Shown: positions 9,040 through 21,469 of the stretch, piece by piece
How positions within the stretch are numbered: the first letter of the stretch is position 1
How the letters are laid out: each line of letters starts with the position of its first letter
Assembly (NCBI GenBank): GCA_000331975.1
Contig: CP003263.1
Span: 30,001-62,000, forward strand
Source of the DNA: Candidatus Uzinura diaspidicola str. ASNER
GTDB taxonomy: Bacteria; Bacteroidota; Bacteroidia; Flavobacteriales; Blattabacteriaceae
Length of the DNA stretch: 32,000 nt
Reading direction: 5' to 3'
The notes under the pieces: model-generated
Told to the model about the DNA's origin: nothing
Database searches by the model: none
Seen by the model: the letters and a program-made list of their open reading frames with translations, nothing else
Made by a program: the position numbers and the translations under genes

Positions 9040-9634
9040 TAGCATAGCTAGTGTAAGAGGCCCAACTTACCAAAAATACTTTTAAAGTATACATCTCCAA
9101 CTAAATTACACCCAGAATCATCTTCCAACTTAATAATTACCCCAACAATAACAAATAACAACAGTTCCTTTAGAAATCATATCCGCTTTTAAAAATCTTG
9201 GTGTATAACTATGATAACTATGTGTTAGTGTGCTATTTCTAGGATTAGATTTACGGTACATAAGCAATACTTAGATTCTTACCTAGAATTACTGTATGTT
9301 TTCCTTTTGGATGGATAGAAAGCTTCTATACTCAAAGCCATTTTTACTATATTTAAAGTATGAATATCATCTATAGAATCACCTTCATTGAGAAATGCTA
9401 GGAGGTAAACCAACACTTTGACAGTCTTTTATTTTTACATATAGTATTATTTCCTACTAATACAGCTACTAAATACGGAGAACGAAATCCTACTATTTTT
9501 ATTTTATCTACTTCCCTAGCAATTTCTTCCCTCATATTTAACGCTAGTGTCTTACCATAAAGAATCTTTGTCATCCTGCTTGTCATCCTGCTTGTCATCC
9601 TGCTTGTCATCCTGCTTGTCATCCTGCTTGTCAT
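9040..9634 (-). pseudogene. folD: Decayed methylenetetrahydrofolate dehydrogenase/cyclohydrolase (folD) remnant
   Basis: The N-terminal 78-aa ORF reads ...MTKILYGKTLALNMREEIAREVDKIKIVGFRSPYLVAVLVGNN (FolD-like). Downstream minus-strand frames give LLAFLNEGDSIDDIH, VNLILEIAH*HIVIIVIHQDF and KLEDDSGCNLVGDVYFKSIF, interrupted by several stops and frameshifts. Only about 595 nt remain, against about 880 nt expected. Confidence 0.75.
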
Positions 9635-9648
9635 CCTGCTTGCCTGCT
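9569..9648. repeat. Perfect 12-nt tandem repeat TGTCATCCTGCT x6, followed by a degenerate 8-nt copy
   Basis: Read directly from the sequence. The copies are at 9569, 9581, 9593, 9605, 9617 and 9629. On the minus strand the unit is AGCAGGATGACA, which contains an ATGA start/stop overlap. Confidence 0.97.
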
Positions 9649-10386
9649 TAAATGTATAAATTGTTGTACAGAAAGTTGCTCAGCTCTTTTATCAAGAATT
9701 GGTATTTTATAAAAAGATTCAGAGAAATTCAAAGATTTCAGCGTATTGCGTAGTTTCTTTCGTCGTTGATTAAAGGATACTTTTACTATTTTAAACAATA
9801 CTGCATCATCCACCTTTTTGGTAACACCTGATTTTCTATGAAGACGAATTACAGAAGATTTTACTTTTGGATGAGGAAAAAAATAATTGTTGGGAACAGT
9901 AAAAATAGATTCTACTTCATAAAAAGCTTGTATAAGAACAGAGAGAATACCGTAAGTTTTGCTTCCAGCAGCAGAACGAATTCGTTCTGCGACTTCTGTT
10001 TGAAACATCCCAATTACTTCAGGGATAAATTTCCTATATTTCAGTAAATAAAATAAAATATTTGAAGAAATATTGTAGGGAAAATTGCCAATTAATGCAA
10101 AAGAAGATAACATAGGATTACATTGAAGAAAATCCATGTTAATGATACTATTTTTTAATGTAGGAAAGACTTTATGTAGATATTTTACTGATTCTGTGTC
10201 TATTTCAATAACAAAAAGATCATTAGTTCTATCTATAAGATATTGGGACATCATTCCCATTCCTGGTCCTAATTCAACTATAGAAGAATACCCTATAAAA
10301 GATAGGGTTTGAACAATTTTCTTAGCTATTTTTTCATCATGTAAAAAATGTTGACCTAAATATTTCTTTGGAAAAACTGTTAACAT
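9631..10386 (-). CDS. rsmA: 16S rRNA (adenine1518/1519-N6)-dimethyltransferase RsmA/KsgA
   Basis: 251-aa ORF with KKYLGQHFL, VELGPGMG and GNFPYNIS blocks. Its TGA stop lies in the repeat copy nearest the gene. Confidence 0.9.
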   Translation of the reverse strand: MLTVFPKKYLGQHFLHDEKIAKKIVQTLSFIGYSSIVELGPGMGMMSQYLIDRTNDLFVIEIDTESVKYLHKVFPTLKNSIINMDFLQCNPMLSSFALIGNFPYNISSNILFYLLKYRKFIPEVIGMFQTEVAERIRSAAGSKTYGILSVLIQAFYEVESIFTVPNNYFFPHPKVKSSVIRLHRKSGVTKKVDDAVLFKIVKVSFNQRRKKLRNTLKSLNFSESFYKIPILDKRAEQLSVQQFIHLSRQAG

Positions 10387-10484
10387 AATAAATCTTACAG
10401 AGAGATATGATTATTTTCATAAGTTTAATTGATCATTAATTATAGGGTTTTTAATTTTATCAAAAAGGAATATACTGTATTCAC

Positions 10485-12080
10485 CTAATGAATCATTAGG
10501 TAGGAGTAATTCTTTTTTTTTAAAAGCTTCCAAGGAAGAGCTTTTATTCTAAGCATTTTCATCATTCTTTCAGAAGTTCTAGGTAAAAAAGGCCCAGATA
10601 ATTGAGTAAGCATTCCAGATATTTGTAAAGAGATATATAATATGGTTTTTGTTCGCATGTAATCATGTTTATGTCTTTTCCATGGAGCTTCTTCCGAAAT
10701 ATATTTATTTCCCATTCTAGCAATTTTCATGAATTCGTTCAAGGCTTGTTTAAAGTGATAGTTTTCTATGAGTGACCCAATATTATCAGGTATTAATTGA
10801 AGAGTTTTAATAACTTTTCTATCTTTTTCTCTTAAAGTTGAAGGTGAAGGTACTATACCAAAAAAAAACTTTTTCGTAAGAATTAATGTACGATGTATAA
10901 AATTTCCTAATATTCCGACCAGCTCTGAATTATTTTGTATTTGAAAATCTTTCCAATTAAAGTTATTATCTTTATTTTCTGGCATTTTAGTTATTAGAAT
11001 ATATCTAAGTACGTCTTGTTGATTAGGAAATTCTTCTAAATATGCATGTAACCATACAGCCCAATTTCTAGAGGTAGATATTTTTTTGTTTTCTAGATTT
11101 AGAAACTCATTAGCATGAATATTTCTTGGTAGAATATAATCACCGTGTGCAATTAGCATTACAGGAAAAATAATACAATGAAATACAATATTATCTTTAC
11201 CAATAAAATTTATCAAAGAAGTACACTTATTCTTCCAAAAAATTTTCCAATTTTTTTTATTATTTATTGCCCATTCAATAGTAGATGATATATAGCCGAT
11301 AGGAGCATCGAACCAGACATAAAGAACCTTATTTTCTATCTCTTTGATTGGAACTGGTATTCCCCAATTTAGATCTCTAGTTATTGAGCGTGGCTTTAAT
11401 CCTCCTTCAATCCATGATTTATATTGGCTATATACATTGGTTTTCCAAAATTTTTTGGAAATACATTGTTTAAGAAATGCTTCATAATTTGGTAAGGGCA
11501 AGAACCAATGAAAAGTTTCTTTAAGAATTGGAGAGATTCCACTTAATGCAGACCTAGGAGAGATTAGCTCATTGGGACTAAGATAGATTCCGCATCTTTC
11601 GCATTGATCTCCAAAAGCTTTAGTATTTTTACAATAGGGACAAACCCCTAAAATATAACGATCAGCTAAAAACTGTCCTTCTTTCTCGTCATAAAATTGC
11701 TTAGATTCTTCTTCAATAATAAGATCTTTATGATAAAGCTCTTTAAAAAAAGAGCTAACTGTTTTATGATGTATCGATGAAGACGTTCTTGAAAAGTGAT
11801 CAAAAGAAATATTAAATTTTTCTAAACATTCCTTTATAATAGAATGATATTTATCTACAACTTCTTGCGTGCTTATACATTCTTTTTTAGATCGTAGTGT
11901 AATAGGGACTCCATGTTCATCAGATCCGCAAATAAAAATTACATCTTTCTCTTTTCGCCTAAGATAGCGAACATAGATATCAGTAGGGATGTAAACACCT
12001 CCTAAATGTCCTATATGAAGAGGACCGTTAGCGTATGGTAGTGCTGCTGTAATTGTATTATAATGATATTTTTCAGACAT
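10485..12080 (-). CDS. metG: Methionine--tRNA ligase, short form lacking a C-terminal tRNA-binding domain
   Basis: 531-aa ORF with the HIGH motif PYANGPLHIGH, zinc knuckle CPYC...CERCG and the KMSKS-equivalent KISTSRN. Confidence 0.95.
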   Translation of the reverse strand: MSEKYHYNTITAALPYANGPLHIGHLGGVYIPTDIYVRYLRRKEKDVIFICGSDEHGVPITLRSKKECISTQEVVDKYHSIIKECLEKFNISFDHFSRTSSSIHHKTVSSFFKELYHKDLIIEEESKQFYDEKEGQFLADRYILGVCPYCKNTKAFGDQCERCGIYLSPNELISPRSALSGISPILKETFHWFLPLPNYEAFLKQCISKKFWKTNVYSQYKSWIEGGLKPRSITRDLNWGIPVPIKEIENKVLYVWFDAPIGYISSTIEWAINNKKNWKIFWKNKCTSLINFIGKDNIVFHCIIFPVMLIAHGDYILPRNIHANEFLNLENKKISTSRNWAVWLHAYLEEFPNQQDVLRYILITKMPENKDNNFNWKDFQIQNNSELVGILGNFIHRTLILTKKFFFGIVPSPSTLREKDRKVIKTLQLIPDNIGSLIENYHFKQALNEFMKIARMGNKYISEEAPWKRHKHDYMRTKTILYISLQISGMLTQLSGPFLPRTSERMMKMLRIKALPWKLLKKKNYSYLMIH

Positions 12081-12142
12081 TTAACTATAAACTTACAAAC
12101 ATTTTTAGTGAAAATGATGATGAGTGAAGTCTTCTAATAGAA

Positions 12143-12255
12143 ATTGGGCAACTACTTACTCTCCCAGGGTTTACCAAGTACCATCAGCGCTAACGGACTT
12201 AACTTCTCTGTTCGGAATGGAAAGAGGTGATCCCCGCCGCATCACGCCACCCAAT
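12143..12255 (-). rRNA. rrf: 5S ribosomal RNA
   Basis: The reverse complement reads ATTGGGTGGCG...CCATTCCGAACAGAGAAGTTAAG...GGTACTTGG...GGGAGAGTAAGTAGTTGCCCAAT. Conserved 5S loop sequences are present and the terminal helix is complementary. Confidence 0.85.
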
Positions 12256-12299
12256 GACATTAATTTCTCCTATAGGAGTTTTAAAATATCTATCAATTA

Positions 12300-15195
<2,896 letters not shown>

Positions 15196-15218
15196 TTAAT
15201 AGATCTTATTTTAATAAG

Positions 15219-15292
15219 TGGAGAATACCGGGCTCGAACCAGCGACCTTCTGCGTGCAAGGCAGACGCTCTAACCAATTAAGCTAATCCCCC
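15219..15292 (-). tRNA. tRNA-Ala (anticodon UGC) in the rRNA spacer
   Basis: 74-nt cloverleaf. Sense strand GGGGGATTAGCTTAATTGGTTAGAGCGTCTGCCTTGCACGCAGAAGGTCGCTGGTTCGAGCCCGGTATTCTCCA. The G3:U70 identity pair is present. Confidence 0.95.
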
Positions 15293-15302
15293 GTTATTCA
15301 TG

Positions 15303-15375
15303 TAGTCCCGCGTGGAGTCGAACCACGGACAACTACATTATCAGTGTAGTGCTCTTACCACTGAGCTACGAGACT
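15303..15375 (-). tRNA. tRNA-Ile (anticodon GAU) in the rRNA spacer
   Basis: 73-nt cloverleaf. Sense strand AGTCTCGTAGCTCAGTGGTAAGAGCACTACACTGATAATGTAGTTGTCCGTGGTTCGACTCCACGCGGGACTA. Confidence 0.95.
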
Positions 15376-15422
15376 TCTAAACCTTATACTTTCCTTTGAA
15401 AAGAGAAAAAAACTTCTCTGAA

Positions 15423-16952
<1,530 letters not shown>

Positions 16953-17141
16953 AGTTTTAAAGTTTACCTATTTCAAAAGAAAATATAAGGCTTTTATAAG
17001 AATGTATAAATTAACTATTTACATATTAAAGATATGATTCTCTCTTCTAGAGAAGAGATAATTATAAATTATTTTTTTTTACCAAATTAAAATAATTAAA
17101 GATTCATTAAATTCATTTAATGAGAATAATTTTTAATAAAA

Positions 17142-18229
17142 ATGAATTGTTTTGAACAAATAGAAATAAAAACTTCAGATTTGAACTTTAAAATTCCATC
17201 AAAACTTATTGTTGAATACCCATCAAAAGAAAGAGATGAATCTCGTCTTATGGTTATTCATAGAAAAACAGGGAAGATAGAACATAAATTGTTTAAAGAC
17301 CTAATAAATTATTTTGATAAAGAAGATGTAATTATTTTAAATAATACAAAAGTTTTTCCTGCTATTTTGTACGGTTATAAAGAGCAAACAAAAGCTAAAA
17401 TAAAAGTATTTTTACTTAGAGTATTAGATAAAAAAAATAAGATTTTAGATGTCTTAGTAGAGCCAGCTAGAAAAATCCGTATTGGGAATAAAATTTTCTT
17501 CAGGAAAAAAACTCATAAATATAACTATAATTTAGTAGCTGAAGTCATTGATAATACAACTTCAAGAGGAAGAATATTACGTTTTCTTTCAGATCTTTCT
17601 TATGAAGAATTTCAAAAACAACTCTATGCTATTGGAAAAACACCACTTCCTAAATATATAAAAAGAGAAGTAGATAAAAAAGATATGGAACGTTATCAAA
17701 CTATCTATGCAAAAGAAGAAGGTTCTATTGTAGCTCCAGCAGCTGGGTTACATTTTTCTAAACATTTGTTAAAAAAATTAGAAATTAAAGGTATTTCACT
17801 AGCAGAAATTACTTTACATATTGGTTTAAGTGCATTTTCTTCAATAGAAGTAGAAGATTTATCTAAACATAAAATGGACTCGGAAAAAGCAAATATTAAA
17901 AATAATATTTGCAAAATAATTAATACAGCTATTGATAAAAAAAAGCGTATTTGTGCAGTAGGAAATAGTGTTATGCGTACACTTGAAACTACAGTTTCTG
18001 TAAGTAAGCATTTAAATCCTTTTGATGGGTGGACAAATAAATTTATATATCCACCTTATAATTTTAGTATTGCTAACTCTCTTATTTCTAACTTACATAT
18101 GCCTAAATCTACATCATTTATAATGGTCGCGGCTTTTATGGGTTATGACTTAACTATAAAAGCCTATCAAAATGCAGTAAAAGAAAATACAGGTTTTATT
18201 CCTATGGAGATGCTATGCTTATATTATAA
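17142..18229 (+). CDS. queA: S-adenosylmethionine:tRNA ribosyltransferase-isomerase, with a 1-nt frameshift 14 codons before the native stop (possible recent pseudogene)
   Basis: QueA blocks are present: [38 protein letters not shown] and [10 protein letters not shown]. The conserved C-terminus [14 protein letters not shown] is read in a different frame from 18185, with its stop at 18227-18229. The annotated ORF frame runs on to 18401. Confidence 0.8.
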
Positions 18230-18230
18230 A

Positions 18231-18960
18231 ATGATGAATGCAATTGAATACAAGACATTACATCAATATAAAATCTATGAAGAAATATGTAGTTCTATTT
18301 ATGATAGAAATGAAATTAAAGTAATACCTAAATGTTATTCATTATATAATGAAACGAAAAGGAAAACAAATACGTCCAATATTAATATTTCTTATTGCTA
18401 AAATGCTTGGAAAAATTACAGATAAAACATATAATACTGCCTATTTGATATAATTAATCTGCAACATTACTTCATGATGATATAGTAGATAATAGCCATA
18501 TACGACGTGGAAATTTATCAATCAATGCTCTATTGAAAAATAAAATAGCAGTTTTAGTAGGAGACTATCTTTTTCTACAAGTATGATAATTACTATAAAA
18601 TTGTGTTAAAAACTATAGTAAAAATGAGTTAAGGGGATTTACTTGAAATAGAGCAATACAAAAACATATTAAATATTACTGATAAACAGATAGTATTATC
18701 AGGAGGAGCGCATTCAATAGAAGCAAATAAGCATCTTTTTGGATTAGCATTTAAAAAAAAAGATGCTGACTATGAATATTATAATATTGGGAACCCATTA
18801 TCCCTTGATATTAGAAACTTTACCACTAATTATTACAAAACCCTGATTATTGATTCCATTAAAATCACAAAGATGATAAAAATAGAATACAAGAAATTAT
18901 AAATCTTACAAAAAATCTTTAAAACTAATGGTTGCCGTAAAATATAGATGATAGAAAAAA
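18231..18960 (+). pseudogene. ispB: Decayed polyprenyl (octaprenyl-type) diphosphate synthase
   Basis: [33 protein letters not shown] runs from 18349 and is followed by an in-frame TAA at 18451. After a frameshift comes LLHDDIVDNSHIRRGNLSINALLKNKIAVLVGDYL, the first Asp-rich motif, from 18467. Further downstream is FGLAFKKKDADYEYYNIGNPLSLDI, a degenerate second Asp-rich motif, at about 18737. There are multiple stops. The 3' boundary is uncertain and converges with the ccsA remnant. Confidence 0.8.
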
Positions 18961-19930
18961 AAATAATATTTAGATAGAACATACATAAAATAATATGAAT
19001 AGGATCATCTTTTGCCTGACACCTTAATAAATCATTAAGATAGATGAAAGAGCATTTAGCTATTATACTAATCAATGCCCATGTTTCTTTTAGATCCCAA
19101 CTTTGCCCTTTTTCCTCCTAAATAAGGACCGATAGTAAGAAAAAATAACCATAATAAAAGATCCTTTCCCTGATTGAAAAAACCTATGCCTTATAATCAA
19201 GAATATTATTCATGTATACACGTATTTTTTTTTCTATATTTCTATCGACAACTGTCAATTCACTAGAAAAGAGGAGGGAAGATAAGATCCAGGAAATGTA
19301 AGAAAAAAGGAATATTAAAAAACTGGACCATATGCAATAGTAACAGGTTCATTTACAAATTGCTCCAATCCGATAGATTGGGCTCTAATATGTACTTTTG
19401 AGGTATACCATTATAAATAGAACCATTTTTTACTGAAGACAAAATAGTATACTTTACTTTTTATTAGTAAGTACATATAATATATGTTATTTTTAGATTA
19501 TCTTTGTTTAATATAATTTTCTATATTTCCATGTGAACCTATAGGAACTATTTTAATAAACTGTTTACCATTAGAGTTCTCTATAAAATAGTTTTTAGCA
19601 TCCTTGTACTTTAATACATGCATCTTTAAATTGTTATGTAAAGGGTAAATAAGAACTTTTATATTTCCATCATCCATTTGAAGAAATATAAAAGTAAATC
19701 TCTTCTTTAATAGACATTATACCCTCAAACCCCGTTCCACCAATAAAAAGTAATATAAAAGAAAAATAAAATATAAGTAAAGGGAATTTTTCTTTTTAAG
19801 AAGACGATAGCCATAGCCTCCTATATTTTAAAAATAGACTCATAAACTAAATATTTAGCTATGTCGGTAGTGTAAATTATTCTCAATAAAAATACCAACT
19901 ACACCTTCTTTTCTATTAGTTATTCTCCAT
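18930..19930 (-). pseudogene. ccsA: Heavily deleted cytochrome c biogenesis protein (ResB/CcsA fusion type) remnant
   Basis: Minus-strand frames give TDIAKYLVYES (N-terminal ResB-like), GGTGFEGIMSIKEE (19700-19741) and the near-canonical CcsA Trp-rich motif GQSWDLKETWALI (19070-19108; consensus WG.YWSWDPKE.WAL). There are many stops and frameshifts. About 1 kb is left of a gene normally about 3 kb long. Confidence 0.6.
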
Positions 19931-19935
19931 TTACT

Positions 19936-20277
19936 TTAAAAAGGTAAATCATCATAGATTACATTAGAAGAATAGGTAGGCATAGAAGATATTGGGACTT
20001 TACTTTTTATTTTTTCTATTTGCCAACCTTGTATATAATTAAAATATTTTCTGATTCCTTCAGAATTTATCCATTCCCTTCCCCTAATATTTATAGATAT
20101 TTTTATATAATCGTTGATTTTTAAACCATTTAAAAGATAAATTTTCTCTTGTAAAAACTCAATCAATAAATGTTGAGGATATAAGTCATCAGTAAGAATC
20201 ACTAATTCTCTTTTTCTAAAACCACTAGAAAAAGTTTGAGTATCAAGAATTTTTTTTATTTTTCCTGAAATTTTCAT
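19936..20277 (-). CDS. DUF3127-like small OB-fold protein with an SSB-type C-terminal DDLPF tip
   Basis: Intact 113-aa ORF: MKISGKIKKILDTQTFSSGFRKRELVILTDDLYPQHLLIEF...NIRGREW...YFNYIQGWQIEK, ending ...YDDLPF. The pattern matches my recollection of Bacteroidetes DUF3127 proteins. Confidence 0.7.
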   Translation of the reverse strand: MKISGKIKKILDTQTFSSGFRKRELVILTDDLYPQHLLIEFLQEKIYLLNGLKINDYIKISINIRGREWINSEGIRKYFNYIQGWQIEKIKSKVPISSMPTYSSNVIYDDLPF

Positions 20278-20318
20278 AATAATAAAATATACTTCTTTTT
20301 TTAGATAATAATTTCTTA

Positions 20319-20645
20319 TTATTCTAGTTCTAGTTGAAAACTAGCTTCTTCACTTAACATATCAGTCCTCCAAATAGGATCAAAAGTCAATATAATATCT
20401 ATAGATTTAACCTTATCTATAGTTTGTATTTTTTGTTTTACTTCTTTAATAAAATTATCTGCAACAGGACAATTAGGTGTAGTAAGTGTCATGGTTACTT
20501 TTATATGGGCCTGTTGACTGATTTGAATATCATATATCAGTCCTAATTCATAAATATTTACTTCTATCTCGGGGTCATAAATAGATTTGAGAAGTTCTAT
20601 TACTTTCTCAATTAAGTTTTGTTTTTTAATTTTTACAGAAACCAT
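20319..20645 (-). CDS. sufT: Fe-S cluster assembly protein SufT (DUF59/MIP18 family)
   Basis: Intact 108-aa ORF with the DUF59 signature IYDPEI.VNIYELGLIY...TMTLTTPNCPVA. Confidence 0.75.
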   Translation of the reverse strand: MVSVKIKKQNLIEKVIELLKSIYDPEIEVNIYELGLIYDIQISQQAHIKVTMTLTTPNCPVADNFIKEVKQKIQTIDKVKSIDIILTFDPIWRTDMLSEEASFQLELE

Positions 20646-20785
20646 TTCTATATGAATTCTTTTAAAGTTAAGAATATTTTTCTTACATATCCTATTAATT
20701 TTACCATTGCACGCATAAATTTTATATAACTAATTATCAATGAAGTTCAGTACTTAACCTTGTTTTAATAACTTTTCTATAGAAG

Positions 20786-21340
20786 ATGAATAAAAAAATA
20801 AAATTATTTGTAAGGTTTTTTTTCCTTATTTCAACTTTTCTATATTTTTATAGCACAGGAAGGAAATATAGAAAATGGTTCTCTTTTATTTAAAAGAAAT
20901 TGTACTTCTTATCATTCTATTGACTATTGATCTTACTAAGAAACTAATTGGACCTCCTCTTTCTGAATTACAGAGAAAAGAAATATAAATTGGCTTCATA
21001 AAGATATTAAAGAAAAATAGAAACAACAGAAAAATTACTTGAAAAAGATTTTATAAAGTTCATTATTATTGGTTTTTCGATTCGAACCTATTGATAGATG
21101 GGATATACCTTATCCTTTTATACATAATTGAATTGCCCTTTAAGTATGATGGAAGGAAAATATATTGAAGATGGAAAAAACAAATATAAAGCCTTTAATG
21201 TAGGTTGCAATTTAAATATACGTCATTATTCAACGTATACTTTATCTATAGAGCTTATCATGGAGATATTAAAAAAATGGATAAATGGGTATAAATTATA
21301 TAGAGAATTCAGTGTTTCTAAAATGTAATTAAACTTGAAA
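20786..21340 (+). pseudogene. actA: Alternative complex III cytochrome c subunit (ActA-like) remnant
   Basis: A signal-peptide-like MNKKIKLFVRFFFLISTF is in one frame. The cytochrome c domain AQEGNIENGSLLFKRNCTSYHSIDY* is in another, with CxxCH mutated to CTSYH and a stop at 20928. A multihaem remnant FIYRAYHGDIKKMDKWV (CxxCHG changed to YRAYHG) lies at 21247-21264. Confidence 0.65.
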
Positions 21341-21469
21341 AAGTAAATAATATACATGAATTTGCGTGTATTACTATAGAAATTTATTTAAATATACCAA
21401 AGAAATATGAAATGAAGAAGAACAAATTGAGACATATAAAGGAAAGAACGTGATAGATCAAAAGGTCAT

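Noticed and set aside
9398-9634. ORF encoding an MTSR x5 repeat protein, considered as a possible novel repeat protein
   Set aside because: After the repeat, the sequence is simply the N-terminal 50 or so residues of FolD. The rest of folD is broken. The repeat is a duplicated start-codon region, not a designed repeat protein.
9569-9648. Direct repeat array, considered as a possible CRISPR
   Set aside because: The 12-nt units are directly adjacent with no spacers, there are no cas genes, and the unit is far too short.
9838-10047. ORF of 69 aa antisense to rsmA. The same applies to 17705..17914 (antisense to queA) and 30081..30296 (antisense to fmt).
   Set aside because: These are shadow ORFs inside confidently assigned genes, with no independent support.
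17041-17058. 7-bp stem/4-nt loop hairpin (TCTCTTC-TAGA-GAAGAGA) in the 16S-queA divergent spacer. A 12-nt palindrome CTCCTATAGGAG at 12267..12278 in the 23S-5S spacer was also noted.
   Set aside because: They could be rRNA-processing stems or could arise by chance in AT-rich DNA. They are too short to assign a regulatory or terminator function without transcript data.
18605-18623. 19-nt exact repeat GTTAAAAACTATAGTAAAA, also found at 22732..22750, considered as a possible dispersed repeat or mobile-element end
   Set aside because: There are only two copies and no flanking similarity. One lies inside the ispB remnant and the other inside the actC remnant. In 32 kb of such AT-rich sequence a chance match of this length is plausible. 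There are no inverted repeats and no transposase.
18833-19075. 80-aa hydrophobic ORF on the minus strand, considered as an independent small membrane protein gene
   Set aside because: It begins (TTG start) directly after the CcsA WDLKETWALI motif and probably represents the residual C-terminal segment of the ccsA remnant. The opposite strand also shows ispB C-terminal similarity. It is not supportable as a separate gene.
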